A stretch of DNA of 64,000 nt. Origin: Nanobdellota archaeon (lineage in GTDB: Archaea; Nanobdellota; Nanobdellia; Woesearchaeales; UBA10107). The translations under genes were made by a program, and so were the position numbers. The stretch spans positions 259,230-323,229 of the forward strand of contig JBHPFU010000001.1 in the NCBI GenBank assembly GCA_042571125.1, given 5' to 3'. A model generated the notes under the pieces. That model saw only the letters and a program-made list of their open reading frames with translations. It ran no database searches and was not told the origin of the DNA. Below, one piece after another: positions 48,592-57,937 of this stretch (position 1 is its first letter; each line of letters begins with the position of its first letter).

Positions 48592-50223
48592 ATGAGTCAA
48601 GAAATACAGTATGAAAATGAAAATAAAGCTAATTTAGGTTCTAAAGTTTTTATCGCAGGTCTTGCATTAGCAACACCAGCACTTCTTAGTGCAGGAGAAG
48701 CTGAAGTTAAGAACATTCTAAAAGGAAGTACAGACATTAAAATATATCAAGCAGGAGATACAGGATTCGAACATTATGTTAATAAGAAAAATACATTTGA
48801 TTTAAGCACAATAGATCAAGCAAAAGCAAGTATTCTTGCAGCTTATACAGACAATGATGGAAAACGTTGGGCTACTGTTTATGATGCTAAAGACAAAAAT
48901 ATATCAAATAGAATTCCTATGTGGAGTAAAGTTGAAAAAGCCGCATGGAAATCTATGGGGGAGAATATAAGTCCAGAAGAGCTTGAAAAAGCACAAGATC
49001 ATTATTTAAGACAGTTCAATAGAGATGAAAGCAAGATAACAGATGCTTTTGATTCTTGGGAAAAGAACATAAAAGGAAAAACAACTGTAGCATACCAAGG
49101 TAAGCCATTATCAGCTGTACCTGAACTAAGGTACGCTTCTCTTGATCCAAACAAGAGTAATCGAGCTCTAAATCACAGATTTGTTCGTGAAAGCGGTATA
49201 GCTGGAAAAAAGTTCTACAAATATGAGCAAATTGATTCCACAACTATTGATGGAACTGTATGCGGTGGTTGCGAACTTACAGGCCCCGGTCTTATCACAT
49301 TTATCAGCCCAGAAACAGGACAAGTTGAGTTCTATGCTGGCAAGGATGGAAAAATCAAGAAATTAAAATCTCCGACAGATGATTCAAGAGCTATCAGCGA
49401 AGCATTCATAAATGCAGATAGAGGAAACAAGTATTTTGATCTAGAAGGAAGCTTTACTTTAGTTCCACTTAATAGAGCAGCATCAGATTCACAAACTTCA
49501 CCAACAAAATACGGAAGTAAGTTCTCACTTGATAATATGCTTAGAGTTCAAGTTAAAGTTCCTAAAGTTGGCGGAGAACTTGATGTTGTATTAGAACATG
49601 AGAGACAAAGATACAAAAATCCTGAGTTTGCTGAAGAATTAACAAACACAGACAAAAGAATGAGAATTGGATACTTGAAAGATGTCAAAGGAATAAATCT
49701 GGGAGCTGGATTAACAATGCCAGGACAGAAATTTGTTGCGGATACAACAGATGATACTCCAAATCACATTGTAAATCCGATTGCAGTCGAACTTAACTCA
49801 AAAGGAAAAGGCGGATATGCTTTACTAGAAGTAGGAGATTCATATTTCTTGCTTGAAGCAAGCGAATCCGATGTTAATCAAAAAACTACAAATCTTGCTG
49901 TTCCTATACCTAGTGAACAAACTACTGAAACAAACGGAAGAGCAAGCGAAACAAGAATCGCAATGGGATCGCAGTATAATGGATTAGGTCGCGTACATCC
50001 TTCATTAGCAAAGTACAGCCTTGTTGGAGCGATTGAGATCTCAAACAAGAGAGGAATGATTCATAACAGAACTATTGATCTTAAGTATGGTGTTAAGGCA
50101 AATGTAATAGAAGGACTAAACGCATACGTAATGCTTAAGAATGGAATGGAATCTGGAAAAGATGTGATAGGTTCAAGTACAGTAGGCATGAAAATAGGAG
50201 CAGAATACAAATTCGGAAAATGA
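48592..50223 (+). CDS. Exported protein with C-terminal amphipathic beta-strand (barrel-like) region
   Basis: ATG 48592; hydrophobic leader VFIAGLALATPALLSAG; alternating strands ending GMKIGAEYKFGK. Confidence 0.55.
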   Translation: MSQEIQYENENKANLGSKVFIAGLALATPALLSAGEAEVKNILKGSTDIKIYQAGDTGFEHYVNKKNTFDLSTIDQAKASILAAYTDNDGKRWATVYDAKDKNISNRIPMWSKVEKAAWKSMGENISPEELEKAQDHYLRQFNRDESKITDAFDSWEKNIKGKTTVAYQGKPLSAVPELRYASLDPNKSNRALNHRFVRESGIAGKKFYKYEQIDSTTIDGTVCGGCELTGPGLITFISPETGQVEFYAGKDGKIKKLKSPTDDSRAISEAFINADRGNKYFDLEGSFTLVPLNRAASDSQTSPTKYGSKFSLDNMLRVQVKVPKVGGELDVVLEHERQRYKNPEFAEELTNTDKRMRIGYLKDVKGINLGAGLTMPGQKFVADTTDDTPNHIVNPIAVELNSKGKGGYALLEVGDSYFLLEASESDVNQKTTNLAVPIPSEQTTETNGRASETRIAMGSQYNGLGRVHPSLAKYSLVGAIEISNKRGMIHNRTIDLKYGVKANVIEGLNAYVMLKNGMESGKDVIGSSTVGMKIGAEYKFGK

Positions 50224-53200
50224 ACAAAACAACACTTTCAATATTTTTAGTATTTCTTTTATGTTTAGTTACTGTATCCGCTACTGGAGGAGTGGTTGTA
50301 ACACCAAGTTCTGCTCAGGTTGGAGCTACACTAACATGTTCAATGCCAGGAGAAAGAGCTAATGATAATTTTTACTGGTCTGGAGCTGTCAGTACAACTG
50401 GAAAAGTTGTTTCTGCAAACGTACCAGGAACATACACCTGTATAATTAAAAGAAATTATCCTCAGGTTGGAGAACTTGAACTAGGAAGAGCTTCTGCAAC
50501 AATAAGTGCAGTACCAGTACCGCCTCCTGTAAATCAAGCACCTACTGCTAATTTTAATTCAAATTCACCCGTAGTTAACGGAACAAATGTCACATTCACA
50601 GATACAAGCACAGATTCTGACGGAACTGTTGTTGCATGGGAATGGAACTTTGGAGATAGTGCAAATTCAACAGTACAAGATCCACAACATCTTTATTCAA
50701 CAACTGGAAACTATACTGTAACACTAACAGTTACTGATAATGATGGAGCAGCTAGCACACCATTCAATAGTGTAGTAGAAGTTACATCAGTTCCAACAAC
50801 ATGCCCTGCACCAGCAAGCGGAAACTGGACAATAAACGGAACACAAAATGTATATTGTGAGGGTGTAACATTAAATTTAGATCAAATAGATATATATGAC
50901 AGCGCAACAGCTGTTTTCAATAATTCTGCCCTAAATATAAATAATGGAATAAGTACAAATAATAATACAATTTTAACTTTAGAAAATTCAACATTGGATG
51001 AGATATACGCAAATGCTAATTCATCTATTAGTGTTGTAAATTCAAACATCACTGACGAAATCGATGTATCTGACAATGCTACTCTTAATGTACAAACAAG
51101 CGATGTTGATGAAATATATTCTACAACAGACGCAAATGTTAACGTAGATAATTCTATTGTTTCAGTTCTAACAATTAACTTAATTGGGGGAGGATCATAC
51201 TCCGGTCTTATTGCAGGAACAACAGTGACAACCACAGTAGGAACTGTTAATCTTGTAAACACCTATGTTGGTTCTGTAGGAGTACAGTTCGCAAATGGAA
51301 TTTTCAATATAGATTCATTCCAACTTAATATGGTTTCTTGGATATTCCCTGATGTCACATTAAACATGCTAGATTCAACTTTAGATGAAATTTTTATTAC
51401 ATCAAATACGCTTTTTAATGCAGATAATGTAACAATTAATGACATACAGTTAATGGGAGACAATTCAACAGTTAATTTCACATCATCTACTTTAGTACAG
51501 TCACTTAGAGCAAACGTAATTGCGACTTTTAATAATTACATACTTGGAACTGTTAACATGTTAGTGCCTCCTTTAGCGACTCAAATACAAGTAAACAACA
51601 CACTCGAAAGACACTACCCTGTTACTGTTGTTAATCAAACAGGACCAATGAATGGAGCTCAAGTTAATATTACTAATTCAACAAGCGATGTTTTATTCAG
51701 CGGAGCAACAGATGCGACAGGAAACTTAGAAGTGGTTCTGACATTTGATAATAACACTGAGGCAGATGTTTATGATGTTTATGTTGATGGAAATCTTCAA
51801 GGAAATATAAGTTTGCTGACAAGCACACCAATTATAATCAATATTAGTTCAATACCGCTCCCGCCTATTGAATTAATCTTAGTAAACGAATTCGAGCAAA
51901 ATCCTATTGTTAATGGAACAGAATGGGTAGAGCTTTACAACCCAGGAGCATCCACAGTTGATATCAGCGCATGGGAGATATGGGATGGATTAACAACACC
52001 TAGCTTGATACACACTGTTCCTGCAAACACAACACTTGCTGCTGACAGTTATTATGTAGCAAATATAAGCGGTACTCAACTGAATAATGCAGATGAATAT
52101 GTAACACTTTACGATCAATATTCAAGAGAGGTAGATAATACATCAACACTAGCAGATGCAGCACCTTTAGCATACTGTTGGGCAAGATTCCCTAATGGTG
52201 CACCAAGTTGGAATTTCCAGAACTGTACATACGGAGCAACAAATAACCTTCCTGGCGTAAACTTACCGCCACAGATAACATCAAATTTCACACTTCCTGA
52301 TGTATCTTCATCTATTAATATTTCAACTAATGTAACGTTCTTCATTAATGTAATGGATCCTGAAGGTAGCAATATGACTATTAACTGGTCTGTTGATGGG
52401 GTGGTTAATCAAACATACCTTGATTATCCGAATGGTTCAGCACTTGTACCAACTTTAGATTATACATTCGATGAAAATAGAAGCTATCTTGTAGAAGTAT
52501 TTGTTTATGATAATGAATCAGCTTATGATTACATGAACTGGACAGTACAAGTTGTTAATGGAACTATTCCAGACACAACAGCACCAGCAGCAATCACAGG
52601 ATTGGCTTTGATAGGAGCAACTAATGAGACATTAACATGGACATGGATGAATCCTGCAGACCCTGATTTCGATCATACAATAGTTTTCCTTGACGGAGTG
52701 AATGTTGTAAATATAACAAACAGCGGTACTGGCGTGGATAATTATACTGCAACAGGATTGCTTAATTACACGCAGCACACAATCAATGTTCATACTGTTG
52801 ATACATCTGGAAACGAAAACCTAACAAATGTAACAGATACTCAATTTACATTACAGAATAATGATACAACAGCACCGGTTATATCAAATGTTCAAGCAGT
52901 AAGCATTACAAATGAATCTGCAATAATCAACTGGACTACAGATGAAGCATCAGATTCAAGCATAAACGTGGAAGGCACTGTAAACACATTCATTGGTCTG
53001 GTAACTAATCACTCAGTTCCAACGCCTGGAACACTAGCACCAAACACAACATACTTTTATAATGTAACAAGCTGTGATGCTAATAGTAACTGCGCAACAT
53101 CAGTTCAATACAACTTTACAACACAAGCAAATATAAACCTAGCACCAAATGCTACAATCACAAATCCATTAACAGGAAGCCAATACCAGAACGGATCAGC

Positions 53201-55031
53201 AATCGTATTCAATGGTACAGGGGTTGACCTAGAAGATGGAAACCTGACAGGAGCATCATTAGTATGGACTTCTGACTTAGATGGAGCACTAGGAACAGGA
53301 AATGGATTATCAGTTTCAACATTAACTATTGGAAATCACACAATCACATTAACAGCAACAGATTCAGGACTTTTAACAGATAATGATTCAATACAAGTTG
53401 AAGTAATTTTAACACCAACAAATAATCAGCCAGTATTTGATAGTTCAGCTGTTAATACAAATGTTCATGTTACATCACCGTACTCATTTGATGTAAATGC
53501 AAGCGACGCAGATCTATTAGATGTACTAACATTTACAGATAACCTTGCTGAGTTTGTTATTAATTCAACAAGCGGACTAATCACATTCACACCAAATACA
53601 GTAGGAATGGTTAGCGGAATATTAACAGTTTGTGATAACTCTGGATTCCCTAATAACTGTACAAACCAAACATTTGACTTAAATGTTACAAACAGTGCAC
53701 CACAATTCAACACATCAGCTGTAAACACAAATGTTCATGTAGGCACATTATTCACATTTGATGTAAATGCATCAGATGCTGACCTTGACACTCTATCATT
53801 CACAGATGATATTGCTGAGTTTGTTATAGATCCAGTTACAGGAGTAATCAGCTTTACACCTGCTAATATTAGTACAATCGCAGGAACAATTACTGTTTGC
53901 GATAACACAGAATCACCAAACAACTGTACAACTCAAGCATTCAATCTTGATGTTACAAACAACGCACCAGTTCTAAACGGAATTGGAGCTCAGGCAGTTA
54001 ACGAAGGTTCATCTTTGAACATTCCTTTAAGTTCAACTGACGCTGACAGCGATACATTAGTACTTGCTGCATCTAACTTACCTAATGGTTCAAGTCTTAC
54101 AGATAATGGAGACGGAACAGGATCATTCAACTGGACACCAGGATTTGCTGACTCAGGAGTTTATGTTGTTACATTCAATGTAACAGATCCTTACAATGGA
54201 TTAGATTCAGAAGCTGTTACAATTACTGTAAATGATAATGTTCAAAACGGATTTATTGACGGATTTGTAAGAGATGACTTAGGAGGAGATATTGCAGGAG
54301 CAACAGTTGAAATCAAAAACGGATCATTCACAGTGGCTTCAGGAATATCTGGGATCACAGGATACTTCAACATAACTATAACTGAAGGAACATACGATGT
54401 TTTAGTATACTCACTAGGATTTGTTGATAACCAAACAAACGGAGTTGTTGTAACTGAATTTGCAACAACAAGAAATAATGCTACTCTACAGACTGTTGTA
54501 ACGACTGGAGACATAAATGGTACTGTAACAGACGGTACAAATAATATTTTCGCAGCAACAGTTCAATTAAAACAAGGAGCATCTGTAATCGCTTCAACAA
54601 CAACAGATATGTTCGGATACTATTCATTTACTGGAGAAAATATTGGTGCATATGATTTAGTTGTAATCAAACCAGCATTTACTGACTCAACAACTGCTGT
54701 AAGTATCTCAGCAACACCAACTACACAAAATGTTGTATTATCAGCACCTGGAACTGCAGGAACAATCTCAGGAACAATAAGAGATGCTCTAAACGCTCCA
54801 ATAACTGCTGTAACAAATGTAACAATCACAAGTTCAACAACAGGAGTTGTACAAATTGTCCAAACAGATGGAACTGGTTACTATGTATTTAACGGATTGC
54901 CAGCAACTGTTGGATTTACTTATGATCTAGATGCTGATCTGGTAGGAGCATACACACAAACATTCCCACCATCAGGATTATCATTAACACAAGGACAAAA
55001 TCTTGCTGGACAAGATATTTACATGATATAA
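50220..55031 (+). CDS. Large secreted surface glycoprotein (PKD, beta-helix-like, lamin-tail, FN3, Ig/cadherin-like, carboxypeptidase-regulatory-like domains)
   Basis: Signal peptide; PKD WEWNFGD..P.HLY; LTD VNEFEQNP..EWVELYN; FN3 segments; many N-x-S/T sequons. Confidence 0.85.
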   Translation: MNKTTLSIFLVFLLCLVTVSATGGVVVTPSSAQVGATLTCSMPGERANDNFYWSGAVSTTGKVVSANVPGTYTCIIKRNYPQVGELELGRASATISAVPVPPPVNQAPTANFNSNSPVVNGTNVTFTDTSTDSDGTVVAWEWNFGDSANSTVQDPQHLYSTTGNYTVTLTVTDNDGAASTPFNSVVEVTSVPTTCPAPASGNWTINGTQNVYCEGVTLNLDQIDIYDSATAVFNNSALNINNGISTNNNTILTLENSTLDEIYANANSSISVVNSNITDEIDVSDNATLNVQTSDVDEIYSTTDANVNVDNSIVSVLTINLIGGGSYSGLIAGTTVTTTVGTVNLVNTYVGSVGVQFANGIFNIDSFQLNMVSWIFPDVTLNMLDSTLDEIFITSNTLFNADNVTINDIQLMGDNSTVNFTSSTLVQSLRANVIATFNNYILGTVNMLVPPLATQIQVNNTLERHYPVTVVNQTGPMNGAQVNITNSTSDVLFSGATDATGNLEVVLTFDNNTEADVYDVYVDGNLQGNISLLTSTPIIINISSIPLPPIELILVNEFEQNPIVNGTEWVELYNPGASTVDISAWEIWDGLTTPSLIHTVPANTTLAADSYYVANISGTQLNNADEYVTLYDQYSREVDNTSTLADAAPLAYCWARFPNGAPSWNFQNCTYGATNNLPGVNLPPQITSNFTLPDVSSSINISTNVTFFINVMDPEGSNMTINWSVDGVVNQTYLDYPNGSALVPTLDYTFDENRSYLVEVFVYDNESAYDYMNWTVQVVNGTIPDTTAPAAITGLALIGATNETLTWTWMNPADPDFDHTIVFLDGVNVVNITNSGTGVDNYTATGLLNYTQHTINVHTVDTSGNENLTNVTDTQFTLQNNDTTAPVISNVQAVSITNESAIINWTTDEASDSSINVEGTVNTFIGLVTNHSVPTPGTLAPNTTYFYNVTSCDANSNCATSVQYNFTTQANINLAPNATITNPLTGSQYQNGSAIVFNGTGVDLEDGNLTGASLVWTSDLDGALGTGNGLSVSTLTIGNHTITLTATDSGLLTDNDSIQVEVILTPTNNQPVFDSSAVNTNVHVTSPYSFDVNASDADLLDVLTFTDNLAEFVINSTSGLITFTPNTVGMVSGILTVCDNSGFPNNCTNQTFDLNVTNSAPQFNTSAVNTNVHVGTLFTFDVNASDADLDTLSFTDDIAEFVIDPVTGVISFTPANISTIAGTITVCDNTESPNNCTTQAFNLDVTNNAPVLNGIGAQAVNEGSSLNIPLSSTDADSDTLVLAASNLPNGSSLTDNGDGTGSFNWTPGFADSGVYVVTFNVTDPYNGLDSEAVTITVNDNVQNGFIDGFVRDDLGGDIAGATVEIKNGSFTVASGISGITGYFNITITEGTYDVLVYSLGFVDNQTNGVVVTEFATTRNNATLQTVVTTGDINGTVTDGTNNIFAATVQLKQGASVIASTTTDMFGYYSFTGENIGAYDLVVIKPAFTDSTTAVSISATPTTQNVVLSAPGTAGTISGTIRDALNAPITAVTNVTITSSTTGVVQIVQTDGTGYYVFNGLPATVGFTYDLDADLVGAYTQTFPPSGLSLTQGQNLAGQDIYMI
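53421..53960 (+). repeat. Internal tandem duplication (~270 nt x2) of an Ig/cadherin-like module
   Basis: SAVNTNVHV..FDVNASDADL..FTD..AEFVI...G.I.FTP...TVCDN...PNNCT.Q.F.L.VTN occurs twice. Confidence 0.85.
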
Positions 55032-55032
55032 A

Positions 55033-55554
55033 ATGAAAAAACCAAATGCAATTTTAACTTGCGGCGTTGGCCTGGCAGCAGTTTTGGCTAGCGGAGGCGC
55101 TTGTTCAACACTACAAAATACAGGAAGCACAGCAAGACAAGAGATGGTGGAACAAAGTAAAGCTTTTGAAAAACAAGGAGATTACGATAAAGCAGTTTCA
55201 TACTTAGCAGAAGCAGGCGAATATAGAAAAGCTAGCAGACTTGCGGAGAGAGAGAAACTTTACAGTACTGCTGCGCATTGGGCAGAATGGGCAGGACAAG
55301 AATATACTGCAAAAAGATTATACAAAGAAGGTCTTGAAGTCTATGAAAAAACAGGAGATTATGGTAATGCTGCACGATGTGCAAACGGATTAGGTCAGAT
55401 CGAAAAAGCAATCCTATATTATGAAAAAGCGGGAGAGTATTCTGTTGCTGGCCACCTTGCAGAAGAAGAAGGTATGTTTGAAGAATCAGAACGACTTTAC
55501 AAAAAAAGTAGAGAATCAAAAAAACCGAATAAGGTCGAGTATCGCTTAAAATGA
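55033..55554 (+). CDS. Putative lipoprotein with TPR/SNAP-like repeats
   Basis: Leader MKKPNAILTCGVGLAAVLASGGAC; repeats FEKQGDYDKA, YEKTGDYGNAA, YEKAGEYSVA. Confidence 0.75.
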   Translation: MKKPNAILTCGVGLAAVLASGGACSTLQNTGSTARQEMVEQSKAFEKQGDYDKAVSYLAEAGEYRKASRLAEREKLYSTAAHWAEWAGQEYTAKRLYKEGLEVYEKTGDYGNAARCANGLGQIEKAILYYEKAGEYSVAGHLAEEEGMFEESERLYKKSRESKKPNKVEYRLK

Positions 55555-57050
55555 AAGCTAAACTATTAACAATAATTGTAATGTTTTTCTTAGCTATGGC
55601 TACAGCATTAGCTGCACCAGTCTCTGGTACAGTTACTGATGCTGGAACCTCAACTGGAATTGCTAACGCATTAGTTGAAGTATTTGATACAACTGGTACT
55701 TTACTAAACTCAACAAATGCTGATGCTAATGGAACATACTCTGTTGATAGTGTTGGAACAGGATTAAGAATAATCAATGCTTCATCTGTTGGATACAATA
55801 CTCAAAGTCAGCCTAGATTTGTAGGTGGCGGAGGAGTAACAGCTAATTTTATATTAGGACCTATTGCTTCATACACATTAAGCGGTACTGAAAGCGGTAA
55901 CCTGGCTAATGTAGATATTAACCTAAAGCAAGGAGGAGTTACTGTTTTCGCAACTCAAACAATTGCTGGAGGAGCATACACATTAAATGTATTAAATGGA
56001 ACTTACACATTCGAAGCTTCATTAGTTGGATATGATACTTATACAAATAATTCAGTTGTTATAGCTGGAAACACAGTTCATAACTTTGCATTATCAGGTT
56101 CTGTAACAACAGGAACTGCTGCGGGATATGTATTAAACACAACTGGTTCACCATTATCTGGAGCTGATGTAAGATTATACTTAGGCGCAGGAATGGTTGC
56201 ACAAGATACAACAGATCCTACAGGATATTACTCTATGACATACAATCAAGGAGATTACAATCTAACAGCTTCATTTACAGGATATAACAGTCAGACACAA
56301 GCAGTCACACTAAACGGCGGACAAACAACAGATACTAACTTTACACTCCCTGCTCAAGGAGCAACATGTACGCAAAGCATAGCAAGCTATGGTTCATGGA
56401 GCACATGCAGCGGTGGAACACAATCAAGATCAATCACATACAATGATTATAACAATGTATGCGGAAATACAGTAACAGTACCGAATGCTCAATCACAGAG
56501 CTGTAGCACTGGCGGTTCATCTGGAGGATCAAACAGAGATCCAGTTGTATCATTAACACCGCAGATTAAATATCCGGACTTTTTCGAATACAATCCTATT
56601 CAATACACTTTGAATAGAATGGATACTGCAATCTTTTACCATGATGATGTTAAATACACTGTTATGATAACAGACATTCAAGAACATACTGCAACATTTA
56701 AACTATTCCCTACATACGATGAGTTCCAAGCAGAAGAAGGAGAGATCCTTGAATTCGAACTTAATGAGGAAGATAGTTTGATGCTTACATTACTAGACTC
56801 AACAGTTAATTCAGAACTTTTCGAAGCTTCAACAGTTAATGTAAACTTACTATTAGATGTTCCTGAAGATGATGAAGAGGAAGAAGACAAACCTGTTGTT
56901 CAGAAGATTAAAGATGCAGTTGTTAAAGTAGTTGGAGAAGTAGTTCCAGAAAACCTAGCACCTTCAGTAGCAGTTGGTGTAAGCGTAAGTGCTTCAACAG
57001 TTGTATTAGGCCTATTGATATTCTTTATAATTAGAAGAGTAACTGGATAA
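55551..57050 (+). CDS. Membrane-anchored surface protein with three carboxypeptidase-regulatory-like domains and a TSP1-like motif
   Basis: Signal peptide ALA; SGTVTD..G.Y..GY repeats; GSWSTCSGGTQSR; C-terminal TM + RR. Confidence 0.8.
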   Translation: MKAKLLTIIVMFFLAMATALAAPVSGTVTDAGTSTGIANALVEVFDTTGTLLNSTNADANGTYSVDSVGTGLRIINASSVGYNTQSQPRFVGGGGVTANFILGPIASYTLSGTESGNLANVDINLKQGGVTVFATQTIAGGAYTLNVLNGTYTFEASLVGYDTYTNNSVVIAGNTVHNFALSGSVTTGTAAGYVLNTTGSPLSGADVRLYLGAGMVAQDTTDPTGYYSMTYNQGDYNLTASFTGYNSQTQAVTLNGGQTTDTNFTLPAQGATCTQSIASYGSWSTCSGGTQSRSITYNDYNNVCGNTVTVPNAQSQSCSTGGSSGGSNRDPVVSLTPQIKYPDFFEYNPIQYTLNRMDTAIFYHDDVKYTVMITDIQEHTATFKLFPTYDEFQAEEGEILEFELNEEDSLMLTLLDSTVNSELFEASTVNVNLLLDVPEDDEEEEDKPVVQKIKDAVVKVVGEVVPENLAPSVAVGVSVSASTVVLGLLIFFIIRRVTG

Positions 57051-57101
57051 TTTCCGGAACCTTTATTAATGACTTCTTATTTCTTTTTTCGGGTGATTTA
57101 A

Positions 57102-57308
57102 ATTACATATGAAAGAAATAATACAAGAAAATACGGTGCTTTGGCTTTAGCGGTTCTTGTACCTACTTTAACAAGCTGTACAATGAGTACAGTCTATGTC
57201 CAGCAAAATGAAACTGCTAGTGTTCAAGAAGTAAACAAAGTAGGGATTGAATTAACATTAGATAATGCAGAGAAGGCTAAGAAAGAGATTGGTCCAATTA
57301 AACAATAA
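57102..57308 (+). CDS. Small putative lipoprotein (68 aa) with ATT start, not in ORF track
   Basis: GGGTGA RBS 5 nt before ATT; (M)TYERNNTRKYGALALAVLVPTLTSC|TMSTVYVQQ...; canonical lipobox LTSC; TATA TTTATTAA upstream. Confidence 0.6.
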   Translation: MTYERNNTRKYGALALAVLVPTLTSCTMSTVYVQQNETASVQEVNKVGIELTLDNAEKAKKEIGPIKQ

Positions 57309-57352
57309 TTCTAAGAAACCTTTATAAATCAAATATCTTTATTTTTGATTAA

Positions 57353-57425
57353 GGGCCTGTGGTCTAGCGGCTATGACATCTCGTTGACTTCGAGGAGATC
57401 GCCAGTTCGATTCTGGCCAGGCCCA
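57353..57425 (+). tRNA. tRNA-Val(GAC)
   Basis: GGGCCTG/CAGGCCC-A, TCTCG-TTGACTT-CGAGG, GCCAG-TTCGATT-CTGGC. Confidence 0.88.
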
Positions 57426-57433
57426 GTACTAAA

Positions 57434-57898
57434 ATGAACGGAGAAGCACCATTATATGTTTTGAAGCCGGATAAGGCGCGAATTGTAATCCCAAATGGAT
57501 TAAAATTGATTCTTCTTGCGATAGTATTCTATGTGGGAGTTCTAATTAATATTAAATTACTAAGTTTAAACATCCCTGACTACATCAATTTATTAATTAT
57601 TATAGTCCTAGTTATTCTTGTTCTTCTTGAATCAATATTATCATTTGTAAGGCTTTCAAAAATACAGTACTTGTTTTATCCAAACAGATTGGAAGTAAAA
57701 GGCACAAAACAGCAGTATGTTATGTTTACAAATGTTCCGGTGGTAAAGTTCGATCAAAACTTTTTTGATAAACTCTTTGATACGGGATCTGTCACTTTTG
57801 GAGCATATAAGATGAAAGCAATACCAAATGTTCAGCAGAATGTTGATTATCTGGAAAAGCTTATACAAAGCTCAAGAACCCAATACGTAGCAAGATAA
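57434..57898 (+). CDS. Membrane protein with bacterial PH-like domain
   Basis: Two TM helices, then YLFYPNRL...V.FDQNFFDKLFDTGSV. Confidence 0.65.
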   Translation: MNGEAPLYVLKPDKARIVIPNGLKLILLAIVFYVGVLINIKLLSLNIPDYINLLIIIVLVILVLLESILSFVRLSKIQYLFYPNRLEVKGTKQQYVMFTNVPVVKFDQNFFDKLFDTGSVTFGAYKMKAIPNVQQNVDYLEKLIQSSRTQYVAR

Positions 57899-57937
57899 CC
57901 AATAAATTTATAAATACTTTTTATAATAGGTTTTACT

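Noticed and set aside
50882-54829. Many antisense ORFs within the large surface protein gene (and within other long CDSs)
   Set aside because: They are explained by codon bias of the sense gene and have no RBS or motifs.
48228-57425. Integrated provirus or ICE at the tRNAs
   Set aside because: No integrase, capsid, terminase or duplicated tRNA 3' end (att site) was seen.
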